A DNA stretch of 64,000 nucleotides from an uncultured Nitrospinota bacterium (GTDB lineage Bacteria > Tectomicrobia > Entotheonellia > J063 > CAVPRW01): contig CAVPRW010000035.1 in assembly GCA_963707985.1 (NCBI GenBank), forward strand, positions 1 through 64,000, read 5' to 3'. Both the position numbers and the translations under genes were made by a program. The stretch's first letter is position 1, and each line of letters starts with the position of its first letter. The notes under the pieces were generated by a model. The model searched no databases, had not been told where the DNA came from, and saw only the letters and a list, made by a program, of their open reading frames with translations. Shown piece after piece: positions 10,555 to 19,280 of the stretch.

Positions 10555-10934
10555 GTCTGGTCGATGTCGAGCGGCTGCGCGAGATCGCCGAGGTGGAGTT
10601 TGTCGACATCGTGGTCGAGGCAGTTATCCCCGATATCAACGAACTGCGTATCATCCTGACTGACGGGAGCTTTGTAGATGTGTGGTTCTCGCTTAAGCTC
10701 CAAGGCCGCTATAGCTTCCACTGGGAACGACGTGCCGTTGATGGGAAGATCTACCGCCATGACAACTCGCCGCACAAGCGCTGGGAATCAGTGGCAACCT
10801 TCCCCAGGCATTTTCACGACGGTAGCGAGACGAACGTGTCGGCAAGTCATCTCAGTGAAGTCCCCGAGCAGGCTCTGCGGGAATTCCTTGCGTTTGTCCG
10901 GGCCAGTATAGGTGCCTCATCCAGTGGTTCTTGA
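10551..10934 (+). CDS. DUF6516 / TumE-like putative toxin
   Basis: YSFHWE...IYRHDNSPH.......TFPRHFH motif. Confidence 0.7.
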   Translation: MSLVDVERLREIAEVEFVDIVVEAVIPDINELRIILTDGSFVDVWFSLKLQGRYSFHWERRAVDGKIYRHDNSPHKRWESVATFPRHFHDGSETNVSASHLSEVPEQALREFLAFVRASIGASSSGS

Positions 10935-11086
10935 GCGGCCGTGCCGCCAGCATGGCTGAGGACATATCTCAAAGCACGGGAGCGTGTCGCTGGGGAATGT
11001 CCTCTGGTAAACGTCGCCGTCGGGTTTGCGCTGGACGCGGGTGAGCGGTCAGGGACGAGATCATTTAATAAGGATGGGTGACGTTC

Positions 11087-11462
11087 AGCGGTATCTGACC
11101 GGGAATACCTTAAAAAGCCCGTGATGGTGTACAACTACTCCAAGGGCATCAAACCCTTTTATATGCGGTTAAACGATGACAACCGAACCGTGGCCGCCAT
11201 GGATTTGCTGGTGCCGCGTGTGGGAGAGCTCGTCGGCGGCAGTCAGCGTGAAGAGCGCCTTGATCGGCTCGAACGACGCATGCAGGAAGCCGGGATGAAT
11301 CAAGAGAATTACTGGTGGTTTCTCGATATGCGACGTTTCGGCACCGTCCCACACGCGGGGTTTGGGCTGGGGTTCGAGCGCTTCTTGATGATCGTCACGG
11401 GGGTGGCCAATATCCGCGATGTGATTCCCTTCCCCCAGATGCCAAAGCATCTGGAATTTTGA
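11087..11462 (+). pseudogene. asnS: 5'-truncated second copy of the asnS 3' end
   Basis: 11237-11462 matches 1-226 at 210/226 nt (manual count). Homology ([27 protein letters not shown]) extends back to about 11087 with a 1-nt deletion, then stops. Confidence 0.88.
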
Positions 11463-11518
11463 ACAGGAACGTCCGACGCGGGGCGGGCTCAGACGAGGCA
11501 GTCTATACGGTGCTGGCT

Positions 11519-11610
11519 CCAGGTGGGCGCTTCCATCCTCCGTCGATGCATGGGACTCCGCGCGTCAGGCCCGACTCTTAGGGAGCACACTCCGTCTGCA
11601 TGGAGGTCGG
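11519..11610 (+). repeat. Collapsed remnant copy of the 581-1090 TA region
   Basis: 11519-11541 ~ 581-603 (18/23), 11540-11562 ~ 936-958 (22/23), 11561-11610 ~ 1042-1091 (~80%), in the same order. Confidence 0.75.
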
Positions 11611-11699
11611 GGGATGAATATCGTGTCAATGGCTACGGCAAATTCAGCGAGTCCATTTCGAACACCGAGAACCTCGTGGCATCGCTACTGGGCGCATGC

Positions 11700-12337
11700 T
11701 CGAGTGTCCTCCACCCTGGTGAAGACGGGTATGCTGGCCGGGGAGTCGGGGGCCTATCGTCTCGTCAAACCCGTTGACAATCTGCAGGTGCCGGCCACTG
11801 TGCAGGCTGTGCTGGCGGCGGGCATCGACCGCCTGCCACCTGAGGAGACGCGTCTCCTCCAGACCGCCGCGGTCGTCGGGACCGAGGTACCCTTAGCCTT
11901 GGCTGCAGGACATAGCCGACTTGCTCGAGACGGCACTCTACGGTGGTCTGGCGCACCTGCAGGCAGCTGAGTTCCTCTATGAGACGAGACTCTTCCTGCA
12001 ACACGAGGACACGTTCAAGCACGCCTTCACATATGAGGTTGCCTATGGCAGTTTGCTCCACGAGCGACGACAGTTGCTACATACCCGCATCGTTGAGGCC
12101 CGGGAGGCACTGGCTGGGGATCGCCTAACTGAGCGGGTCGAACGTCTGGCCCACGACGCTCTGCGGGGCGAGGTGTGGGACAAAACGCTGAAATATTGCC
12201 GGCAGGCCGGGGAGAAGGCGATGACGCGGTCGGCCTATTACGAGGCCGTAGGGTATTTCGAGCAGGCGTTAAGACGCCTGCAGCATCTCCCAGAGAGGCA
12301 GGACATGGACGAGCAGGCCATTGACCTCCGGCTCTCT
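11700..12337 (+). pseudogene. Internal fragment of a second AAA/TPR (STAND-type) gene
   Basis: LQVPATVQAVLAA.IDRLPPEE.RLLQTAAVVG / AEFLYETRLF....TFKHA.TYEVAYGSLL; frameshifted; paralogous to 4936-8565. Confidence 0.8.
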
Positions 12338-12898
12338 CTATCGCTGCGCCAAGAGCTTGTCGAGATATTCAGTGAATTCTGGCGACTCGAGATCGAACGG
12401 CCCCAGGCCGCGCGCCACGATTTCACCCTGGCGATTCACGATCACGGTGGTCGGCGTGCCACGCACCCCAAATTGCCGGGCAACTTCCATGCGCTGGTCG
12501 ATCAACGTATCAAAGGTATACCCGTTCTTCTCCATGTATGGCTTAACGGCCTTCTCGCCGGTGCCATCGATCGAGATCGGGAGGATGACGACATCTTTAT
12601 CCTTGAACGTTTCCGTAACCCTCTGCACGGAGGGATTCTCACGTTGGCAGATCGGTCACCAGGTGGCCCAGAACCGTACCACGACCACTTTGTCTTTCAG
12701 AGTCGAGGCATCGAACCCGCTGCCCTGCAGGCTTGGCAGAGAGAACGTGGCAATCGACGTGGGCGGCTTGACGGCCGCCAGCCCCATCGGAGGCTCGGGT
12801 GCCTCACCTGTGGCCGCTCCTAACGTCATCCCGACCACGAGGACAACGCTCACCAGGAACAACCAGGCGAATCGACAATCCCGGCGTCGAACGTTCAT
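12338..12898 (-). CDS. TlpA/ResA-like thiol-disulfide oxidoreductase, predicted selenoprotein (UxxC)
   Basis: ORFs 12656-12898 and 12338-12628 are in frame: KVVVVRFWATW-TGA-PIC...FGVRGTPTT. TGA (12656-12658) is at the catalytic Cys position; N-terminal signal/TM segment. Confidence 0.88.
12619..12634 (-). promoter_or_regulatory. Candidate bacterial SECIS hairpin
   Basis: CCCUC-[CGUGCA]-GAGGG; loop begins 26 nt after UGA. Confidence 0.55.
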
Positions 12899-12920
12899 AG
12901 CTCCTCCCTAGATTCCCTGC

Positions 12921-14405
12921 TCACGCGGATAGATTCGCCACCAACTCCGCGGCTGTTGTCGAACGGTCCAACAGGCCCTGCACATGGGCTTTGGTGCCTT
13001 TGAGGGGCTCTTCCATGAGAATGCGTTTGATCGGTCCATCACCGAGGTTAAAGGACAGGCTGTCCCAATTCACACCGAAGACCTGATCGCGGAACTTTTT
13101 GAGCACCATGCCGCGGAAATAGGCTCGCGTATCGATCGGGGGATTTTCGATCGCATCGACAATCTCTGCTTCGGTCAGGATACGCTCCACCGCCCCTTGC
13201 CGCTCCATCAGGAAATACAAGCCACGATCCTGCCGCAGGTCGTGGTACTGAAGGTCCATCATGGCCACCCGGGAGCTGCTCCAATCCTCCGCCCGTCTGT
13301 CCATGTAGGATGTCAGCAGATGCCATTTGGCAACCCAATCCACCTCACGTCCCAGCGAATACGGGTCCGTCGCTAGTCGGTCGAGCACGTGCTCCCACTT
13401 CTGCAGCACATCGCGCGTCGCCGCATCGCCGCCACGCTCGCTGACGTATCGTTGGGCATATTGTAAATATTCGCGCTGGATGTCTACCGGCAGGATGGTC
13501 CGCCCGCTGGCCAGTTCAATCGGCAGCTTGCAGGGTAGATCGCGGGATACGTCTTTGATAGCTTTCACCGGGTTACGCAGCGAGAAATCTTTCGTGATGA
13601 AGCCATCCTCGATCATCTGCAACACCAGCGAAGCCGTGCCCATTTTTAGGTAGATTGAATACTCGGACATGTTCGAGTCGCCGACAATGACATGCAGACG
13701 GCGGTACCGGTCGCGGTTGGCGTGGGGCTCGTCACGCGTGTTGATAATAGGACGCTTGACCATCGTATCGAGACCCACCTCGGTCTCGAAGAAGTCGGCC
13801 CGTTGGGACATCTGATAGGCACAGTCCTCGGTGCCGTTTTCGGCGCCGACTTTGCCGGCGCCGCAGAAGATCTGCCGCGTCACCAGGAACGCGGTGAACT
13901 GCTCGACGATGTGGTTGAATGGCATATTCCGGTCCAACAAGTAATTCTCGTGGCAGGCATAGCTATTGCCCTTGCGATCGCTGTTGTTCTTGTAAATCAG
14001 AATGCGTTGTCCTGCGGGCAACAAGGGCTCGGCGCGACCACGACTCACCTCCATGATACGCTCGCCAGCCTTCTCAAAGCGCACGATATCGCGCGCATTG
14101 GTGCATTCCGGCGTGGAAAACTCAGGGTGAGCGTGATCCAGGTAATAGCGCGCACCGTTGGTGAGGGTGGTATTGATGGACATATTGGACTGATCGTCCG
14201 GTGGCTCGAACTCCGCGTCGATCTCAAACCCGCGCGCGTCCATGAAGGGCTCTTCTTGATCGTAGTCCCACAAGAGCCGCCGCTGCGGATCGCCTTGATA
14301 GCTGTTGACGAGTAGCAGGGAGACCGAAATTGGGTCGAAGTTAGGGTCATTGGGGACGATGACCCCATACTCAATTTCGGTACCCATGATTTTTGGCACG
14401 GCCAT
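12921..14405 (-). CDS. dop: Depupylase/deamidase Dop (PafA2 family)
   Basis: GTEIEYG; WDY..E.P..DARGF loop; LTNGARYYLDHAHPEFSTPEC; YKNNSD.KGNSYACHENY; KRPIINTRDEPHA; RRLHVIVGDSN; DLQYHD; TRAYFRG. Confidence 0.9.
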   Translation of the reverse strand: MAVPKIMGTEIEYGVIVPNDPNFDPISVSLLLVNSYQGDPQRRLLWDYDQEEPFMDARGFEIDAEFEPPDDQSNMSINTTLTNGARYYLDHAHPEFSTPECTNARDIVRFEKAGERIMEVSRGRAEPLLPAGQRILIYKNNSDRKGNSYACHENYLLDRNMPFNHIVEQFTAFLVTRQIFCGAGKVGAENGTEDCAYQMSQRADFFETEVGLDTMVKRPIINTRDEPHANRDRYRRLHVIVGDSNMSEYSIYLKMGTASLVLQMIEDGFITKDFSLRNPVKAIKDVSRDLPCKLPIELASGRTILPVDIQREYLQYAQRYVSERGGDAATRDVLQKWEHVLDRLATDPYSLGREVDWVAKWHLLTSYMDRRAEDWSSSRVAMMDLQYHDLRQDRGLYFLMERQGAVERILTEAEIVDAIENPPIDTRAYFRGMVLKKFRDQVFGVNWDSLSFNLGDGPIKRILMEEPLKGTKAHVQGLLDRSTTAAELVANLSA

Positions 14406-14510
14406 GTCATCCTCCCTTACCTGGATGGCCAGCAGATATCTCGCGATTTCTTTGTTCCATCCGCATCGGCGATCTTGTTCACTACAGGTCGAGCGTGGTG
14501 ACTACGTCGA

Positions 14511-15177
14511 TCACAGCACCCCATGTTTCGCGTAGCCTCGCGTAGGAGGGTGCCTTTCTTGAGTTCCTCTTCTGTTTCTGTGAGGTGTTCTGCCGCGGTT
14601 CTTTTCAGCGCTGCGTTGACGGTCTTCGCGGCGACATCCTGCGGGATCATCACCACCCCATCGGCATCGCCGAAGACGATATCGCTAGGCTCCACGAGCA
14701 CACCCCCCACATTCGATGGCGCAGCGGTAGACGAAAACGCCCAACCGGCCTTCCGCGTCCAGCGGCGAGATGCCACTAGCAAACACAGGAAACGCCATCC
14801 TGGCGATCTGTGTCTCATCGCGAGCCATGCCCGCGAGGACCACCCCAGGGGCACCGTGAGCCTTACCGCGGTAGAAAGTAAACCGCCCCAGAGGGCCGCT
14901 CTGGCGCTGGGCGATGGATAGCCCACCAGGTCTTCGTCTGGTTTGAGGCTGTCGACCACTTCCATTTGGTAGGGTTTCTCCGGAACCTCGAACACCTCGG
15001 CGTCGAGTCACGGCATGGCACGGCACACCACCAAGGCCTCCAAGGACTGTGGGCGAATGGCCGTGCGCCTCACTTGATCACGAAACCCCAGTGTGTCCAG
15101 GATGTCTGAGATCACCGATGCCGCAACCTTTGCACCCCGAGGTCAAACATGTCGCGCTCAGGGGCGACTTCCGGCAT
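14511..15177 (-). pseudogene. RraA / HMG-aldolase-like pseudogene
   Basis: Pieces in several frames: ISDILDTLGF; ALWGGLLSTA; GMARD..QI....FPVFA; VEPSDIVFGDADGVVMIP; KHGVL-stop. Confidence 0.75.
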
Positions 15178-15431
15178 GGACCCTCCATACTCTGCTTGTG
15201 CTGCGACCACCTGTTCAATGCTAGTATACTCCGCATTATCCAAATTATCCCAAATGTATCTTTCAGCAGGCGCGGCGTCAAGCCTTCCCGGCCCGCCCGC
15301 AGAGACAGTCATCCTTGACATGCAAGCTTCTGCACTGAGGGGCGGCCATGGGTGCATGGGCGCAGGTGAGGCCTCTGTTTCCCGAGGCAATCCTCCCCGG
15401 CGGCTCTGCGCCGGACACGTTAAAGCGTAAA

Positions 15432-16438
15432 GGGTCAGGATTGAATATGTGAATACAGTATGTTAGTTTACCCTCATGGCTCGGCCCCTGAGAATCGAAT
15501 ATCCTGGAGCAGTCTATCACGTCATCACGCGGGGGAATAACCGCCAGGCTATTTTTTGCGACGATCACGACCGCGTCGCCTACCTGGAGAAGTTGTTTCA
15601 TTACTGCCGAGAGAAGGCAGTTCATCTGTTCTGTTACTGCCTGCTGTCCAATCACGTGCATCTGCTATTGGAGACCCCGCAGGGCAATCTCTCCCGGATG
15701 ATGCAGGCGTTTCAGACCAGCTATACGGTCTCTTGGAACCGTCGACACCGATACACCGGGCATGTCTTTGAGCAGCGGTATAAGGCCTTTCTGGTCGATC
15801 AGGATAACTACCTGTTGCAGGTTAGCCGCTATATTCACCTGAATCCTGTCGCGGCGCAAATCGTCGAAAGGCCACAGGACTACCGTTGGAGCAGCTATCG
15901 CGCCTATCTAGCAGAGCGAGACGCAACTGGCTTAAGCCGAGAGTCCATTCTCGGGCACTTCGGCGGTCGATCGCAGGCAAAGATACGCCAGTATCGGGAA
16001 TTTGTTGAAGGGGCGCTGCAGGGGGAAGAACCGTACTTTGAGTTGCCTATCGTCAAGCAAACCTTCGTGGGAGATGAGACCTTTGCGGAGCAGTCGTGGC
16101 GGAAGGTGACGAAAAATCACGTGATAGAACGGCGTTATGGTTTGGCGGAGATTGTGGCAGCGGTCGGCAAAGTCGTGGGAGTCGAGCAGGAAGAGTTTGC
16201 CGGAGGCATAAAGGCGGACCGTATCCAGAGAGGACGGGAGCTATTCATGTATATAGCGCGGCGGTATAGTGCGGCGAGTCTGCAGGAGATGATCCGGTGG
16301 TTGGGGGTGAGGGATGTCTCAACGGTAAGTCACGGCGTCAGGAGGGCCGAGAGACGGTTGAAGGAAGAAGGACTATTCCGGCAGCAACTCGAGGAAATAC
16401 TGCGCAACCTGGTGCATTCACATATTCAAGCCTGACCC
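15432..16438 (+). mobile_element. Inverted-repeat-flanked HUH (Y1) transposase element
   Basis: GGGTCAGGATTGAATATGTGAAT (15432-15454) and its inverse ATTCACATATTCAAGCCTGACCC (16416-16438), 22/23 match, enclosing a single ORF. Confidence 0.8.
15476..16435 (+). CDS. RAYT-like Y1 tyrosine transposase with C-terminal DnaA_C-like HTH
   Basis: MARPLR....GAVYHVITRGNNRQ.IF; NHVHLL (HUH); GHVFEQRY; YIHLNPV; YRWSSY; C-terminal STVSHGVRR. Confidence 0.9.
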   Translation: MARPLRIEYPGAVYHVITRGNNRQAIFCDDHDRVAYLEKLFHYCREKAVHLFCYCLLSNHVHLLLETPQGNLSRMMQAFQTSYTVSWNRRHRYTGHVFEQRYKAFLVDQDNYLLQVSRYIHLNPVAAQIVERPQDYRWSSYRAYLAERDATGLSRESILGHFGGRSQAKIRQYREFVEGALQGEEPYFELPIVKQTFVGDETFAEQSWRKVTKNHVIERRYGLAEIVAAVGKVVGVEQEEFAGGIKADRIQRGRELFMYIARRYSAASLQEMIRWLGVRDVSTVSHGVRRAERRLKEEGLFRQQLEEILRNLVHSHIQA

Positions 16439-16459
16439 CATGAAGCAGGGAGCACACCC

Positions 16460-18478
16460 ATGACCGAGGTTCTCTGGACCCCCTCACAGGCAGCGATCGA
16501 GCAGACACGGATGACGGCATTTACGGATTGGCTGAGCCAGCGCACGGGGTTGACGTTTGCCGATTATGACACACTCCATCGGTGGAGCATCGAACATCTA
16601 GAAGGCTTTTGGGAAGCGTATCTAGACTTTACTGGGATAATCACCCATGCCCCAGCGACGCAAGTGCTCAGTGCGCACATCATGCCGGGCGCACACTGGT
16701 TTAACGGCATGCAAGTAAATTTTGCCGAGAACATCCTCGGACGGGATTTTTCTGGACCCGCAATCGTCGCCTGCGTCGAGCCGTCTGCTGGTGGCTCGGA
16801 GGGCGATACGTTGTCTGGTTGCGCCTACAGCTATGCCCAATTGCGTGCGCTGGTGGCGCGCTGTGCACGCGGCCTGCGGGCGGCGGGGATCGGCCCGGGA
16901 GATCGCGTCGCCGGCTACGTGGCCAATGTCCCGGAAGCCGTCATCGCCTGTCTGGCTTGCGCCAGCCTCGGCGCCATCTGGAGCAGTGCCTCACCGGACT
17001 TTGGTCTAGCGGCGCTGTGCGATCGCTTCACGCAGGTCGAACCCAAGCTGATCTTTGCCAGCACCCATTACCGCTACAACGGCCGTCTCTTTCGCACTGA
17101 TGCAGTGGTCAAGACCTTGCATCAGCATTTACCCTGCGCACAAACCGTGGTTTCGATCCCGTATCCGGTAGATGAAGCACATGTCCACGGCGATATGACC
17201 TGGCAGGATTTTCTCGGCCCAGACGATGCCCCTGAGTTATCGTATACGCCGGTACCCTTCGAACATCCCCTGTATATTCTGTTTTCATCCGGCACCACGG
17301 GCGCCCCCAAATGTATCGTGCATGGCACCGGCGGTACACTCCTGCAACACCGCAAGGAACAGGAGCTGCACACGAACCTCGGGCCTGGCGACTCACTGCT
17401 GTACTTCACGACGTGCGGCTGGATGATGTGGAACTGGCAACTGAGCGCACTATCACTGGGCGCGACCCTATACTTGTACGACGGCAATCCAGGATATCCC
17501 GACGTGCCGGCGCTTTGGCGCCTCATCGAGGCCCTGAACGTGACCCACTTTGGCACGAGTGGGCGCTATATCGAGAGCTGCATGAAGCATCAGCCAAGAA
17601 TACAGCCCGGTAGCCTTGGCTCGATGTCGAAACTGCGTACGGTGCTGTACACCGGCTCCCCCCTGTCGGCGAGTGGATACCGCTGGATCTATGAGACCAT
17701 CAAACGGGATGTGCATCTAGCTGGTATCTGCGGCGGGACCGACATCATCTCATGCTTCGTGCTGGGCAATCCCAATCTGCCGGTGGTCGCTGGCGAGATC
17801 CAGTGCAAGGGGCTGGGCGTGGACGTTGTGGCTCTAGACCAGGAGGGCAAACCGGTGGTGGGTCAGCCGGGCGAGCTCGTGTGTCGTCTGCCGCTGCCCT
17901 GCATGCCGCTGGGATTTCTCAACGATGCAAACGACAGCCGCTACCACGACGCCTACTTTGATGTGTACCCGGGTCTCTGGCGGCATGGCGACTATGTCGC
18001 ATTCACGCCCAATGGTGGGGCGGTCGTTTACGGGCGCAGCGATGCTACCCTCAACCCCGCCGGTGTGCGTATCGGTAGCGCTGAAATCTATGCCGCCCTG
18101 GATTCCCTATCTGAGGTCACCGGCGCTGTCGTGGTGGGCTGGATGCCTCCGGAGCAGTCCGACGAGATCATCGTCCTCTGTCTGGTGCTAGCCGATGGAC
18201 AGCGCCTCGACGCCGCCCTGGAGCAGAAGATCCGGCGCACGATTCGCGAGCGAACCTCACCACGACATGTGCCTCATCATCTCCTGCCGATCTCAGAAGT
18301 GCCGGTGACCCGCAGCGGTAAACCCGTCGAATTGAGTGTCAAAGCCATCCTGGCTGGACGGGAGATCTCGAACCGGGAGGCACTAGCGAATCCACAGGTG
18401 TTAGAAGAGTTTCAAGCGATCCGTGCGCAATTGCTCCGCTACCACGCGTCGGAATCCTCCTCAGCGCGTCGGACCTAA
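16460..18478 (+). CDS. Acetoacetate--CoA ligase
   Basis: SASPDFG; ILFSSGTTGAPKCIVHG.GG; TTCGWMMWNW; GGTDI; WRHGD; GRSDATLNP.GVRIGSAEIY; TRSGK.VE. Confidence 0.92.
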   Translation: MTEVLWTPSQAAIEQTRMTAFTDWLSQRTGLTFADYDTLHRWSIEHLEGFWEAYLDFTGIITHAPATQVLSAHIMPGAHWFNGMQVNFAENILGRDFSGPAIVACVEPSAGGSEGDTLSGCAYSYAQLRALVARCARGLRAAGIGPGDRVAGYVANVPEAVIACLACASLGAIWSSASPDFGLAALCDRFTQVEPKLIFASTHYRYNGRLFRTDAVVKTLHQHLPCAQTVVSIPYPVDEAHVHGDMTWQDFLGPDDAPELSYTPVPFEHPLYILFSSGTTGAPKCIVHGTGGTLLQHRKEQELHTNLGPGDSLLYFTTCGWMMWNWQLSALSLGATLYLYDGNPGYPDVPALWRLIEALNVTHFGTSGRYIESCMKHQPRIQPGSLGSMSKLRTVLYTGSPLSASGYRWIYETIKRDVHLAGICGGTDIISCFVLGNPNLPVVAGEIQCKGLGVDVVALDQEGKPVVGQPGELVCRLPLPCMPLGFLNDANDSRYHDAYFDVYPGLWRHGDYVAFTPNGGAVVYGRSDATLNPAGVRIGSAEIYAALDSLSEVTGAVVVGWMPPEQSDEIIVLCLVLADGQRLDAALEQKIRRTIRERTSPRHVPHHLLPISEVPVTRSGKPVELSVKAILAGREISNREALANPQVLEEFQAIRAQLLRYHASESSSARRT

Positions 18479-18611
18479 TGAAATCCGAATCGCCTCACGG
18501 GGGGATGAGTCGAGGCTGACAGCAGCCCGATCTCCTTCCTCCCTCCCCCTCAGGTGCTGACGACGCACCACAGTCCATGATGGAAGAGCGCTCGGCGGTT
18601 TTCAAGCCGTC

Positions 18612-18860
18612 TTACATCCTGCGCTTGAGCTCATCGAGGATCTGCTTATTCTCAGGGAAGTCCCCCGTCTGCAGCTTCGAGTAGATGATGTCGCCGTTGA
18701 GGGTCACCTCAAAGCAGCCGTCTTCTCCAGGGATGAGCTTCAGCGCGCTGAACCGCTCGCCGAACGCATCCATGATCGCTTCCGACAGGCTCACGGCCTG
18801 TGGAACATAATATCAAGCCACGCAGTATTCGATGGCGATTTCCTTACTGCTCGGTGCCAT
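18612..18860 (-). CDS. SelW/SelT/SelH (Rdx) family selenoprotein (CxxU)
   Basis: MAPSSKEIAIEYCVA-TGA-YYVPQAVSL...LIPGEDGCFEVTLNGDIIYSKLQTGDFPE; TGA at 18813-18815. Confidence 0.9.
18780..18805 (-). promoter_or_regulatory. Candidate bacterial SECIS hairpin
   Basis: UUCC-ACAGGC-[CGUGA]-GCCUGU-C-GGAA; loop begins 17 nt after UGA. Confidence 0.65.
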
Positions 18861-19280
18861 TCCGCATGTCCCCTCGTGATGGGCCGCACCTGACGCGACC
18901 ATAGTTGCCGATACCGAGATCGTTTGATGGTGAACCACATCTGAGCCCCTTACTTACTGCCGATGGCCCTGAATGTCAAGAGACATCCCCCTGCCTGAGC
19001 GGGATGCTGGGCAGTGCACCGCGTCGCCTCCGCACGTAGCCAATCTGTCAATATCGCATTTTTATTGTCTTAAATAATCAAAATGCGTAAATAACTTGAT
19101 TCCCAGACAGCGCTATGTTATAAGATAACCTCTGACACCGGTTGGACACGAATCGGACAAACCGCTCGCTGACCGGTGGTTTCATCCTCACGCATTCGGC
19201 ATCGCACCTGCCTCACCATGTAGCTCCGGCCCAGTCGTAACATGGGGTTCTCTATCTCTCGCGGTAGAGGGGTGGTCAGG

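Noticed and set aside
11921..12823. 300-aa ORF as a real gene
   Set aside because: Chimera of a STAND fragment and the antisense of the TlpA gene.
19259..19272. ops/JUMPStart-like GCGGTAG upstream of the polysaccharide operon
   Set aside because: Only a partial match to GGCGGTAGnnTG; expected by chance at this GC content.
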